Origin: Myxococcota bacterium
Lineage (GTDB): Bacteria; Myxococcota_A; UBA9160; PR03
Reading direction: 5' to 3'
DNA: 64,000 bases
NCBI GenBank assembly: GCA_039794265.1
Contig: JBDIVR010000014.1
Coordinates: 40,879 to 104,878 of the forward strand
Under the pieces are notes generated by a model, which did no database searches, was not told the origin of the DNA, and was given only the letters and a program-made list of their open reading frames with translations. This document shows, piece by piece, positions 28,958 to 41,889 of the stretch. Numbering within the stretch: the stretch's first letter is position 1; the number at the start of each line of letters is the position of its first letter. The position numbers and the translations under genes are program-made.

Positions 28958-30081
28958 CTGCAGCGCTCGGGCCCGATCCGGCGCGCGCCGCGCTCGATGC
29001 GCGCGTGCTCGCGTGGCTGCGCGAGCCGGGCGCAAGCAACGGGGCCACGCCCCGCGACGACGAGCGGTTCGACGCGCTCGCCCGCGCGCTCTTCGCGTTC
29101 CAGTTCGAGCACTGCGCGCCGTATCGCCGGTTCTGCGAAGCGCGCGGCCGCACGCCCGGCGCCGTCCAGCACTGGCGCGAGATCCCGGCGGTGCCGACGG
29201 GCGCGTTCAAGGAGCTGGCGCTGCACAGCTTCCCGGCCGAACGCACGGCTCACGTGTTCCGCACCAGCGGCACGTCGACCGAGCAGCGCGGCGCGCTGCA
29301 CCTCGACACGCTCGCGCTGTACGAAGCGTCGCTGCTGCCGAGCTTCCGGCGCGGTGTGCTGCCGGATCTCGCGCTTGGCGCGCGCGCGCGGCTGCGCGTG
29401 CTGGCGCCGCCGCCCGCGGAAGCGCCGGAGTCCTCGCTGTCGCACATGTTCGGCGTCGTCGTGCGCACACTCGGCGACGAACAGAGCGGCTTCGACGTGC
29501 GCGGCGGCGTGCTCGACGTCCGCGGGCTGCGGGATGCGCTCGAAGCTGCGTGTCGCGGCGCGGTACCAGTGGCGCTGTGCGGGACGGCGTTCGCCTTCGT
29601 CCATCTCATCGACGCGCTCGCCGCCGAGAGCGCGCGCCTCGCGCTCCCGACGGGCTCGCGCGTCATGGAGACGGGAGGCTTCAAGGGCCGCTCGCGCGCG
29701 GTCCCGCGTGCCGAGCTGTATGAGGGCATCGCGTCCGCGCTCGGCGTGCCGCCCGGCCGAATCGTCAACCAGTACGGCATGACGGAGCTCGGCTCGCAGT
29801 TCTACGACTCGGTCCTGTGTGATCCCGATGCACCCCGACGCAAGCTCGCGCCGGCGTGGACGCGCGTGCGGATCGTCGATCCGGAGACCGGGAACGACGC
29901 CGAGCCGGGCGCCATCGGCATCGTCCAGATCGTCGACCTCGTGAACACCGGCAGCGTGGCGGCGATCCAGACCGCGGACCTCGGGCGCGCGATCGACGAC
30001 GGCTTCGACGTACTCGGCCGCGAGCCCGACGCCGAAGCGCGCGGCTGCTCGATCGCCGCCGACGAAATGCTCGGCGCGTGA
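28954..30081 (+). CDS. LuxE-family acyl-protein synthetase
   Basis: FRTSGTS, METGGFKGR, NQYGMTELGSQ, IQTADLG, RGCS; GTGA overlap with the upstream gene. Confidence 0.88.
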   Translation: MTAALGPDPARAALDARVLAWLREPGASNGATPRDDERFDALARALFAFQFEHCAPYRRFCEARGRTPGAVQHWREIPAVPTGAFKELALHSFPAERTAHVFRTSGTSTEQRGALHLDTLALYEASLLPSFRRGVLPDLALGARARLRVLAPPPAEAPESSLSHMFGVVVRTLGDEQSGFDVRGGVLDVRGLRDALEAACRGAVPVALCGTAFAFVHLIDALAAESARLALPTGSRVMETGGFKGRSRAVPRAELYEGIASALGVPPGRIVNQYGMTELGSQFYDSVLCDPDAPRRKLAPAWTRVRIVDPETGNDAEPGAIGIVQIVDLVNTGSVAAIQTADLGRAIDDGFDVLGREPDAEARGCSIAADEMLGA

Positions 30082-31355
30082 GCGCGGCCGCCGCGGTGGA
30101 GCAGGCGCTCGCGCGGCTGCGCGAGGCGGGTGCCGCGCTGCGCGCGCGCCCTGTGGCCGAAACGCACGACGCGCTCGCCGATGTGCTCGACGCGTGGGCC
30201 GCGCCGGGTTCCCCGTGGCAGGCGGAGCTGGTCGCGAAGCTCCCCGAGACGACCGGCTTTTCCGCCGAGACGGTGCGCGAAGGCCTCGCGCGCGGACTCG
30301 CGCGCTACGACGGCGCCGCGCTGCGCGCGCTCGTGCGCGCGGAGCTCGGCGCGCTGGAGAACGGCAACAGTGGCGCGGCGGTCTTCGGCTTCGAGACCAC
30401 GGTTGCCGTGCTCGGCGGCGCGATCCCGCTCCCGACGGTCGTCGCGCTGCTCGCGCCGCTCGCGCTCCGCGCACCGGTGCTCGTGAAGCCCGCCGCGTAC
30501 GACGCGGTGACGCCCCGCCTGTTCGCGCGCACGCTCGCCGAACGCGATCCGCTGCTCGGCGCGTGCGTCGAGATCGTCGACTTCCGGCGAGGCGACGACG
30601 ACGCGATGGCCGCGCTGTGCCGCGCTGACGCCGTCGTCGCCACCGGATCCGACGCCGCCGTCGCCGCGATCGGCGCGCGGGTCGGGCCACCCCGGCGCTT
30701 CGTCGGCTACGGCCACCGCTTCTCGGTCGCCCTCCTCGGGCCGGACGCGACGCGCGGCGCCGCTTGCGAACGCAGCGCGCGCGACCTCGCGCTCGACGTC
30801 GCGCTCTGGGACCAGCTCGGCTGTCTCTCCCCGGTGTCGGTCCTCGTCGCCGACCCGGACCCCGGCGCCGCGGACCGCGTTGCCGACGCGCTCGCCGGAG
30901 CGCTGCGCGACCTCGAGCCGCGGATGCCCCGCGGCTGCGTCGAATCGGCCGCCGCCGCCGCGATCGCGCGCGAGCGCGGCGAGGCCGAGATGCGCGCCGC
31001 CGCCGGGCGGCCGGTCCGCGTCCTCGCGTCGCCCGGCACCGCCTGGACCGTCGTCCACGAGGCCGACACGCAACCGCGTCCCACCCCGCTGCATCGCTTC
31101 GTCCGCATCCACCCGGCGCCGGATCTCGCGAGCGCGGTCGCCTCGCTGCATCCCCAGCGCGCACAGCTCGCCGCCGTCGCACTCGCCGGTTTCGGCGCGG
31201 ACGAGCCCGCCGTGGCGAACAGTCTGCTCGCGCTCGGCGCGTCGCGCGTGTGCGCGCCCGGCGCGCTGCAGACGCCGCCGCTCGACTGGCCGCGCGACGG
31301 CGTCGGCGTCCTGACGCCGCTCGCGCGTCTCGGCCGCTACGAGCGGGAGCGCTGA
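30078..31355 (+). CDS. LuxC-family acyl-CoA/acyl-protein reductase
   Basis: ALDH-like fold; ATGSD, YGHRFS, DQLGCLSP with the catalytic Cys, GALQTPP; GTGA overlap. Confidence 0.88.
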   Translation: MSAAAAVEQALARLREAGAALRARPVAETHDALADVLDAWAAPGSPWQAELVAKLPETTGFSAETVREGLARGLARYDGAALRALVRAELGALENGNSGAAVFGFETTVAVLGGAIPLPTVVALLAPLALRAPVLVKPAAYDAVTPRLFARTLAERDPLLGACVEIVDFRRGDDDAMAALCRADAVVATGSDAAVAAIGARVGPPRRFVGYGHRFSVALLGPDATRGAACERSARDLALDVALWDQLGCLSPVSVLVADPDPGAADRVADALAGALRDLEPRMPRGCVESAAAAAIARERGEAEMRAAAGRPVRVLASPGTAWTVVHEADTQPRPTPLHRFVRIHPAPDLASAVASLHPQRAQLAAVALAGFGADEPAVANSLLALGASRVCAPGALQTPPLDWPRDGVGVLTPLARLGRYERER

Positions 31356-31361
31356 CGGCGC

Positions 31362-32102
31362 ATGACGCTCGCGGATCCCCGCTTCTGGCTGCTCGCCGTC
31401 GTCGTCTCGCTGGCGTTCTCCGTCGAGGCCGCGACAGGCTTCGGCGCCACCGTCATCGCGGTGGCGCTCGGCGTCCACCTCTTCCCGCTCGACGAGCTGC
31501 TGCCGGTGATCGTCCCACTGGGGCTCGTCCTCTCGGCGAGCATCGCGTGGCGCGAGCGCGCCCACACCGACCGGCGTCTGCTCCTGCGCCGCATCCTCCC
31601 GCTGATGATCGTCGGCCTCGCGCTCGGCCTCGCCGTCTTCGAAACGGCGTCCAACGCCGCGCTGCAGCGCGCGTTCGGCTTCTTCATCGTCGTCGTCGCG
31701 CTGCTCGAGCTGTGGCGCACCCGTGCCGGCGCGCCGGCCGCCCCCGCCCTGCCGCCCGTCCTGCGCAACGCCGCCCTGCTCGGCGCCGGCGTCATCCACG
31801 GCCTCTTCTCGAGCGGCGGCCCCCTGCTCGTCTACGCGCTCGGCCGCGCCCCCGTCGCCAAGCGCGCCTTCCGCGCCACGCTCTCGACGGTCTGGGTCGT
31901 CATGGCCACCGCCCTGTCGACCGCCTACACGATCCGCGGCCACGTCGACGCCGACACGCTCGCCGCCACCGCGACGCTGATCCCCGTGCTCGGCATCGCG
32001 TTCGTCGCCGGCAACTGGGTCCACGGCCGGCTAGACGAGCAGCGCTTCCGGACCTTCGTCTACGTGCTGTTGCTGGGCGCGGGCATGACGAGCCTTCTGT
32101 GA
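31362..32102 (+). CDS. TauE/SafE (TSUP) family exporter
   Basis: TGFG motif, about 8 TM helices, SGGP, FRATL. Confidence 0.85.
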   Translation: MTLADPRFWLLAVVVSLAFSVEAATGFGATVIAVALGVHLFPLDELLPVIVPLGLVLSASIAWRERAHTDRRLLLRRILPLMIVGLALGLAVFETASNAALQRAFGFFIVVVALLELWRTRAGAPAAPALPPVLRNAALLGAGVIHGLFSSGGPLLVYALGRAPVAKRAFRATLSTVWVVMATALSTAYTIRGHVDADTLAATATLIPVLGIAFVAGNWVHGRLDEQRFRTFVYVLLLGAGMTSLL

Positions 32103-32118
32103 GCGTCGCGAGAGGCCG

Positions 32119-32614
32119 TCAGCGATCGTCCCGCCGACGCGCGGTGCCCGCTGCGACGGCGATGTCGAAGTGCAGGACTTCTTCGCGACTTCCCAGCTTC
32201 GAGTACAGCGCGACGGCCGGCTCATCGCCGGCGTCCGCCTGCACGAAGATCACGTACGCGCCGCGCGCGGCGGCGATCTTCTGGAGCGCGTGGATCAACG
32301 CCGTCGCGATGCCCTGTCGCCGATGCGCAGCCGCGACGGCCAGATCGTAGATGTAGAGTTCGCTGCGCGGCTGCTCGAACTTCTTCAGCTCGTAGGCCGC
32401 GAGCCCCCCCGACGACCTCGCCGGCCCGAGACGCCGCGAGTGCGATGAAGGAGTCGCCGGCGAGCAATCGCCGGAGATACTCCGCATCGGGTGGATTCCC
32501 GGTATAGGTTTCCACCTCCTCGAACGCCTCCCCGAACATCGCCAGCAGCGCCTGCATCGAAGCGACATCCTCGGGCGTGAGCTGGCGGATGCTGACGTCG
32601 GCAGGACAGGACAA
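32119..32614 (-). pseudogene. AAC(3)-I-like GNAT acetyltransferase with a frameshift in a G run
   Basis: The N-half ([13 protein letters not shown]...YLRRLL...FIALAA...VVGG) and C-half ([23 protein letters not shown]...FVQAD...LYSKLG) are in different frames, joined at G7 (32404-32410). The TTG start is inferred. Confidence 0.8.
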
Positions 32615-32733
32615 GGCGACTCCTGCGCTGGGAGGTCGATCCGTCTCGGGCCCCGAGCAGAGGCCGTCGACTAGCCCCATCTTGTTCAGCTGCGCGTTCG
32701 CGCGCAAGCTCTCGCGGACAGACGGAGGCTCGC

Positions 32734-33111
32734 ATGCGCAAGCAGTACCACTTCTGGCCTTCCCCAGACGGACTCCTGGCCTGGGACGTCGATCGCCTGA
32801 TCGAGCTCTCGAAGAATCTCCCGCGCCGGCCGCTGCGGGTCGCGGACGTCCCCGAGATCGACCAGGTCTACTGGTTCGACAGCGAGCGCCACCGCCCGAC
32901 CTGCCGCGCCGTGCTGGAACACATGCGCTTGATCCGCGACGTCGATCTCGCCTACCCGATCATCCTCGCGCGCGATGGACGCGTGATGGACGGCATGCAC
33001 CGCGTGGCGAAGGCCGTTCTCGAATGCGTCGAGACGATCGAGGCGGTCCAGTTTCGGGTAGACCCGGCGCCGGACTACATCGGGCGGCAGCCGGAGGACC
33101 TCCCGTATTGA
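32734..33111 (+). CDS. Small ParB/Srx-like domain protein
   Basis: YPIIL...VMDGMHRVAKA motif; RBS GGAGG. Confidence 0.72.
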   Translation: MRKQYHFWPSPDGLLAWDVDRLIELSKNLPRRPLRVADVPEIDQVYWFDSERHRPTCRAVLEHMRLIRDVDLAYPIILARDGRVMDGMHRVAKAVLECVETIEAVQFRVDPAPDYIGRQPEDLPY

Positions 33112-33133
33112 AGTCGAACTTTGCATGCGCTCG

Positions 33134-33622
33134 TTATTCGTCAGTCTCGAGCGCCGACACCTTGCGATCCCACGTACGATACTTCCACGGAACAACCTCC
33201 TCGAGATACGTGATTCGAGGGTTTGGCATCGCTCCATCTGCATCGCCTATATTCGAGATCGCCGGCAATCTCTTCTTGAGTACGGAGTGGCGTTCCTCTG
33301 GAATAAACAGCCACGGCTGAACGTGCCAGCTCCTCGGGATGCCGCAATCCCGGACGATTGCAGCGCGAACGCCCGGCCAGTTGTTGCTCCAGGCCCGGAG
33401 GCGACCGAGCAGCGCTTGAAGCGTCGCTGCGTACGTGACCTCACACAGATACACCGCGCTCTCTCGAAAATTGGCCGCGACGACGTCGCAATACCAATGG
33501 TTCCCCTTGGCCGGTCCGTCACCGGACTCGAGCTGCAAGAGGCATTCTGTATTCACGAACGTCGCGCGATCTGCGCGCAGATACTCAGAGACGACACCCT
33601 GAAAGAAGTCCACTGTCATCAC
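33134..33622 (-). CDS. Hypothetical protein, possible PD-(D/E)XK nuclease fold
   Basis: Lower GC than flanks; CDVVA...YLCEV spacing. Confidence 0.6.
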   Translation of the reverse strand: MMTVDFFQGVVSEYLRADRATFVNTECLLQLESGDGPAKGNHWYCDVVAANFRESAVYLCEVTYAATLQALLGRLRAWSNNWPGVRAAIVRDCGIPRSWHVQPWLFIPEERHSVLKKRLPAISNIGDADGAMPNPRITYLEEVVPWKYRTWDRKVSALETDE

Positions 33623-33755
33623 CTCGTTGCTATCGCCTGATGCACAACCACGGCTCCGCAGCGTCGGAGGGAACTCCCGTACTGATCCCGGCGCCGGCCG
33701 CGTGTACTCGATGCCCCGACCTACCGGGCCGGCTCCGAGCGAGCGCCGCGCTGTC

Positions 33756-36916
<3,161 letters not shown>

Positions 36917-36920
<4 letters not shown>

Positions 36921-38140
36921 AACACTCTCCACCACGGCGCGGCGAGGACATCCGGTGTCAGCCACTCAACAGTGTTTCCAGTGTGCAGCAACAGGCCGGG
37001 ACGCGCCTTCTTTCCGTATTCCGCGCGGAAGGATCGCAGATGGGCGGCATCGCCGAGCCGCGGCCTCGCGCCGGCCTTGATCTCGACCGGCAGCAGGCGT
37101 CCTTCCGCCTCGATGACGAAGTCCACCTCCTCGCCGACGGCCGTGCGCCAGTAGCCGAGTTCCGCTCGATCGAGGCGCGCGTCGCGCCAAACCAACAAGT
37201 CGTGAAGCACCAGGTTCTCCAGATGCGCCCCTTCCGGCTCCGGCGTTCCGGCAAGGTGCAAGGCCACACCGGTGTCACCCCAATAGAGCTTTGGCGTCTT
37301 GATCAGCCGTTTGGTGCGATTCACCGCATAAGCAGGAAGGCGCACGAGCAGATACGAGGTCTCCAGCAGGTTGAGCCAGCGGTGTACCGTCGGTTGCGGC
37401 AGCGCGACGTCACGGCCGAGTTCCGTCTGGTTGAGCAGTTGCCCCAGCCGCAGGCAGGCAGCGCGCATCACGCGGCGGAAGTCGGGCAGCGCGCTGATCG
37501 AGGCAAGGTCCTGCAGATCGCGCTCGAGATAGGTGCGGACGTAGCCGTCGAACCAGATGGCGCGTTCCGCGGCGCGCCGCATCGAGACGGCAGGCGTCGG
37601 GAAACCTCCTCTCCGCGCCAGCGCGCGCCAGTCCTCCGGTTCGGCCGACCGCGCTGTGAGCAGGTCGAGCCACTCCTCGTCGCGGGTGGCCAGCAGTTCC
37701 TCCCAGACTCCAGAGCGGCCTTCGCCAAGCTGCTCCCCTCGCGTCATCGGCCAGAGCGTGAGATAGCTTGCCCGGCCGGCCAGCGATTCGGAGACCTGGC
37801 GCATCAGCAGCAGATTGGCCGACCCCGTCAGCAGGAAGCGGCCCGGGGTGCGCTGGCGGTCGATGGCGCGTTTGACGGCGTGGAGCAGTTCCGGTGCGCG
37901 CTGGATTTCGTCGAGCGTGACGGGACTGTCGCCGCCCACCAGCACCTCGGGATCGCGACGCGCGGCATCGAGCACGTCGAGGTCGTCGAGCGTTCGGTAG
38001 CGACGCGTCCCCGGCGTGAGCTGCTGCACCAGCGTGCTCTTCCCGGTCTGGCGCGCCCCCGTCACGACCAGCGCGGGCATGGCGCGCAGCCTTTCGGCAA
38101 GCGTCTGCGCGACGAGGCGGGGGAGGACTGTGGCATCCAT
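36917..38140 (-). CDS. AAA_14/DUF4143 ATPase with C-terminal nuclease-like domain
   Basis: [36 protein letters not shown]. Confidence 0.9.
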
Positions 38141-38211
38141 GCCGTGAATGATAATCATTCATGACATGGATAGGCAAGCGGCGACGGGGTCGATCCCCGA
38201 GGGCCGGACGG

Positions 38212-38333
38212 CGTTCACTTCGGGCTGCGTCGTCCGCGGCGATGTCCGGCCCGTGCAGCACCGCGTAGCCGAGCGCTCCGAGCCAGGCGAGGGCGGCTTC
38301 CTCGACGGCGGATTCGGTGAAGAGCGACGTCAC
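38212..38333 (-). pseudogene. hsdR 5' remnant (about 35-40 codons)
   Basis: [34 protein letters not shown] matches the HsdR N-terminus; GTG overlaps the stop of the upstream ATPase. Confidence 0.85.
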
Positions 38334-39490
38334 TCGGCTTCCCCCCCGAACAGCCGGTCCGGTTCCGCCAGCGCGGCCAGCGGCACGGCCTCTACCCGGT
38401 CGGCCATCGGGAAGCGCTTCGCCCCCGGATAGATCACCGCCACGCGATCGAGGCGCAGGCCTTCGAGCGCGATCCGGATGGATGCCGTCACCCGCGGCGC
38501 GTCGGCGCGCTTGCACTCGACCCCGAAGAGCCGATCACCGCGACGCAGGATGAGATCGATCTCGGCCCCTTGATGCGTCGCCCAGAAGAAGGCCTCGTCA
38601 TGCTTCTGCGTGGCGAGGACCTGCTCGATCGCGAATCCTTCCCACGAGGCGCCGACCTTCGGGTGGGAGAGCAGCGCCTTCTCGGTCGCCAGCCCGAGGA
38701 GCTGGTGCAACAGTCCGCTGTCGCGCACGTACACCTTGGGTGACTTCACCTGCCGCTTGCCCAGATTTGCGTACCAGGGCTGAAGCTGGCGGACCATGAG
38801 GGCATCCGTCAGCAGGTCGAGGTAGCGCCGGGTGGTGGATGGGTTGACGCCCAACGCACGCGCCGGTTCGGCGGCGTTCCAGGTCTGGCCGTGATAGTGC
38901 GCGACCATGGTCCAGAAGCGCAGCAGGGCGGCCGCCGGGACACGCACGCCCCACTGCGGCATGTCGCGCTCGAGCAGCGTGCGAACGAACTGCTTCCGCC
39001 AGTTCATGCTGTCCGCCTCGGAGCCGGCGAGAAAGGCAAGCGGCAAACCGCCGCGGCGCCAGAGCTGGGCTGCGGAGCGGGGTCCGAGCTCGAGCAGTGC
39101 GAATCCACCGATCTCGATCCGCTCCATCCGCCCGGCCAGACTCTCGGAACTCTGGCGCAGCAGATCGCCCGAGGCACTGCCCAGAATCAGAAAGCGCGCC
39201 GTGCGCTTCCGGCGATCGGCAAGAACCCGCAGCACCGGGAACAGGTCCGGGCGGCGCTGGACCTCGTCGATGACCACCAGATCCCGCAGGGGCTCCAGGG
39301 CAGTCTTCGGCTCCTCCAGTCGCGCGAGACTCAGCGGATCCTCCAGGTCGAAGTAGTTGGGGGAGTCCTCGGAGAGAAATTCACGCGCGAGGGTGGTCTT
39401 GCCGGCCTGACGCGGGCCCGTGAGCACGACGACACAGCTGCGGGCGAGCGCGGCTCGAATCTGGTCCAGCACTCGAGTGCGGGCGATCAT
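38330..39490 (-). CDS. Second AAA_14/DUF4143 ATPase
   Basis: GPRQAGKTT, DEVQ, LGSAS, KVYVRDSG, EIDL..ECK. Confidence 0.9.
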   Translation of the reverse strand: MIARTRVLDQIRAALARSCVVVLTGPRQAGKTTLAREFLSEDSPNYFDLEDPLSLARLEEPKTALEPLRDLVVIDEVQRRPDLFPVLRVLADRRKRTARFLILGSASGDLLRQSSESLAGRMERIEIGGFALLELGPRSAAQLWRRGGLPLAFLAGSEADSMNWRKQFVRTLLERDMPQWGVRVPAAALLRFWTMVAHYHGQTWNAAEPARALGVNPSTTRRYLDLLTDALMVRQLQPWYANLGKRQVKSPKVYVRDSGLLHQLLGLATEKALLSHPKVGASWEGFAIEQVLATQKHDEAFFWATHQGAEIDLILRRGDRLFGVECKRADAPRVTASIRIALEGLRLDRVAVIYPGAKRFPMADRVEAVPLAALAEPDRLFGGEAE

Positions 39491-39503
39491 AGGGGGGGAC
39501 AGT

Positions 39504-39542
39504 ATCATGAAAATCCCGCATAGAAAGCGGGATTTTCATGAT
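39504..39542. promoter_or_regulatory. Perfect 16-bp inverted repeat just upstream of the ATPase; possible operator
   Basis: ATCATGAAAATCCCGC-N7-GCGGGATTTTCATGAT. Confidence 0.55.
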
Positions 39543-39639
39543 CCGGCTAGACGGGCCTCGTGGTCTCGCAGCCGCTGCGTGAGGGCGGTCCGCCTACCGG
39601 CAGGCAGGCAGACCAGTCGGCGTTTTCTTCGGCGCAGTA

Positions 39640-39853
39640 TGTGCGATTTTTGCACATTGCTTCTCTCGTCCGGCTCACGCTCTGCGAACACGTTGCGGAT
39701 CTGCTCGGTGACGACCGAACGCTCCCGCCCGAACCGCTCGGCCATCCGCGCCTGGGTCAGTCAGACCGTCTGCTGCTCGAGGCACACGTCCACCCGGACC
39801 TCGCCGCCCGGGGCCTCGTAGACGACCACCTCACCGCCCGGTACTTCGGCCAT
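39640..39853 (-). pseudogene. RhuM/Fic N-terminal remnant with an internal stop
   Basis: MAEVPGGEVVVYEAPGGEVRVDVCLEQQTV*LTQARMAERFGRERSVV parallels the gene at 40529-41530. Confidence 0.8.
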
Positions 39854-39889
39854 AACCCGGCCCTGCGCGCCTGCGCCGTCGGACACCGG

Positions 39890-40154
39890 ACTCCGTAGCG
39901 GCGAGTCGCGCGGCTTCCCATTGCTGGGCAATCCATTCGGCACCGCGCAGCGTGGGCTCGTCCGCGCTGGCATAGCGCAGGGCTGGGCCGATCCCCTCGG
40001 CGAGCTGGTGCACGAGCGTGGTCTTGCCCACCTGGCGCGGCCCGGCCACCACATGGATGAGGCGGCGTGGTTCCGCAAGCCGGCGGCGCAACTCCTGGGC
40101 CTGGATTCGCTGGTACGGCTTCGACGATTTACTCAACACGGTGAGTAATTTCAC
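39890..40154 (-). pseudogene. 5' fragment of a third AAA_14 ATPase
   Basis: Walker A VAGPRQVGKTT, then truncated before Walker B. Confidence 0.75.
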
Positions 40155-40528
40155 TCAGGATGCTCGGCGGGGCGAATCGACGAACGCGAACGTTGCGGCA
40201 CCTGCGCCGATTCCGTGGGGCGTCTCGATCAACCGTTTGGTGCGCGGTGTACCGTCGGTTGCGGCAGCGCGACGTCGCGGCCGAGTCCCGTCTGTACCAC
40301 GATTCCCAGGTCGTGCATGATAATCATTCACGGCGTGGATAGACGAGCGGGCGAGGTTTTTCCGCCGGGGGCAGTATGTCAGTGGCTGAAAATCCACCAC
40401 CGAATGGCCGATTCACGACCGGAGCCCGACTCTCCTGTAGCGGCGACGTGCCCGTGGCGCAGAAACAGCCAGACCGTCTCGCGCTCGAGGCACACGTCCA
40501 CCCGGACCTCGCCGTCCGGACCGCGCGC

Positions 40529-41530
40529 TCACGGCTGCGGACCCGCGAGCATGTTCATCACCAGCCGGATCATCAGCTCCTTGTCCTTCGGCGCCGACTC
40601 GGCGACCAGCAGCGCGAGCGCTGCGAGCCCGACATCGTTGATCACGGCCTCGCCGCCGCGGAACAGCCGGCCGTTGCGGTTCAGGAAGTCGACGAACAGG
40701 AATGAGCCGATGCGCTTGTTGCCGTCGGAGAAAGGGTGGTTCTTGATGACGAAGTAGATGAGGTGCGCCGCCTTCGACTCGATGGTCGGGTAGGCCGGCT
40801 CGCCGAAGGCGCTCTGGTCGAGATTGCCGAGCAAGGCGGCCAGCGCGTTCTCGCGCTCGCGGCCGAAGAGATCGGTGGCCTCGCCGCGCGCGATCAGATC
40901 GGCCTTGAGTCGCGCAACGGCGGCGCGCGCCTCGTCCACGGCCAGCAACACGCCGCCCTGGATGCCCTTCGGATCGGCGAGCAGCCCCTCGTCGTAGCGC
41001 TGCAGCAGGAGGAAGGTCTGCGTGTAGCGGGCGATGACATCGACGAGCCCGCGACCCTGGTCCGTGGTCAGCGCCTCGCCGGCCGCTGCCTTGCGCACCA
41101 GGGAGAGGGCTGCCTCCAGCTCCGCGGCGTTCTGTGCGAAACGCTGGCGATCGAGGGTGTAGCCGCGGACCAGATGCTCGCGCAGCGTACGGGTGGCCCA
41201 GATCCGGAACTGGGTGCCGCGCAGCGACTTGACCCGGTAGCCGACCGAGATGATGACGTCGAGGTTGAAGAACTCGATCTCCCGAACGACCTCTCGCCCG
41301 CCCTCAGTTTGAACCGTTGCATTTTTTGCAACAGTTGCCTCCCGCTCGAGCTCACCGGACTGGAAGATCTTGCGCAGATGCCGCGAAATCACCGACTTGT
41401 CGCGCCCGAACAGCTCCGTCATCTGGCTCAACGAGAGCCAGACCGTCTCCCGATCGAGGCGCACATCCACGCGGACCTCGCCGCCCGGGGCCTCGTACAC
41501 GATCACCTCACCGCCCGGCGCGCCGGCCAT
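40529..41530 (-). CDS. RhuM/Fic-DOC family protein
   Basis: LDVIISVGYRVKS..GTQFRIWA (RhuM-type) and Fic motif HPFSDGNKRIG. Confidence 0.9.
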   Translation of the reverse strand: MAGAPGGEVIVYEAPGGEVRVDVRLDRETVWLSLSQMTELFGRDKSVISRHLRKIFQSGELEREATVAKNATVQTEGGREVVREIEFFNLDVIISVGYRVKSLRGTQFRIWATRTLREHLVRGYTLDRQRFAQNAAELEAALSLVRKAAAGEALTTDQGRGLVDVIARYTQTFLLLQRYDEGLLADPKGIQGGVLLAVDEARAAVARLKADLIARGEATDLFGRERENALAALLGNLDQSAFGEPAYPTIESKAAHLIYFVIKNHPFSDGNKRIGSFLFVDFLNRNGRLFRGGEAVINDVGLAALALLVAESAPKDKELMIRLVMNMLAGPQP

Positions 41531-41889
41531 CACCCGGCCCTCCGTACCTGCGCCCCGGCGATCGAGCCGCACTTGCGCCAGTATTCGACCGTGACGTCGT
41601 CGACCAGCATCCGGTGCAGCGCTCGGTTGCGCTCGACGAGCGACGGCGCATCCACGAGCGTGAGCTTGCGCAAGGCAGCTTCCAGGGCGGCGGACGGAAG
41701 GTCGGGATTCAGACGCACAAGCGACTGACGCAGCCGTCGCCCCAGCTTCGCGGCGCGATAGTTCGGATCGCTGCGCTCTGCACCGGGTTCGCCCGTGCCG
41801 ATGTCCGGGTCGTGCAGCACCGCGGAGCCCAGCGCTTCGAGCCAAGCGACGGCGGCGTTTTCGACGACGGATTCGGTGAACCCTGCCAT
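41530..41889 (-). pseudogene. hsdR 5' remnant forming a 119-aa ORF
   Basis: Colinear with HsdR residues ~1-116 ([36 protein letters not shown]). Confidence 0.9.

Noticed and set aside
27668-31355. Bioluminescence (lux) operon
   Set aside because: There is no luxA/luxB/luxD. The two LLM genes are distant and resemble F420-type oxidoreductases.
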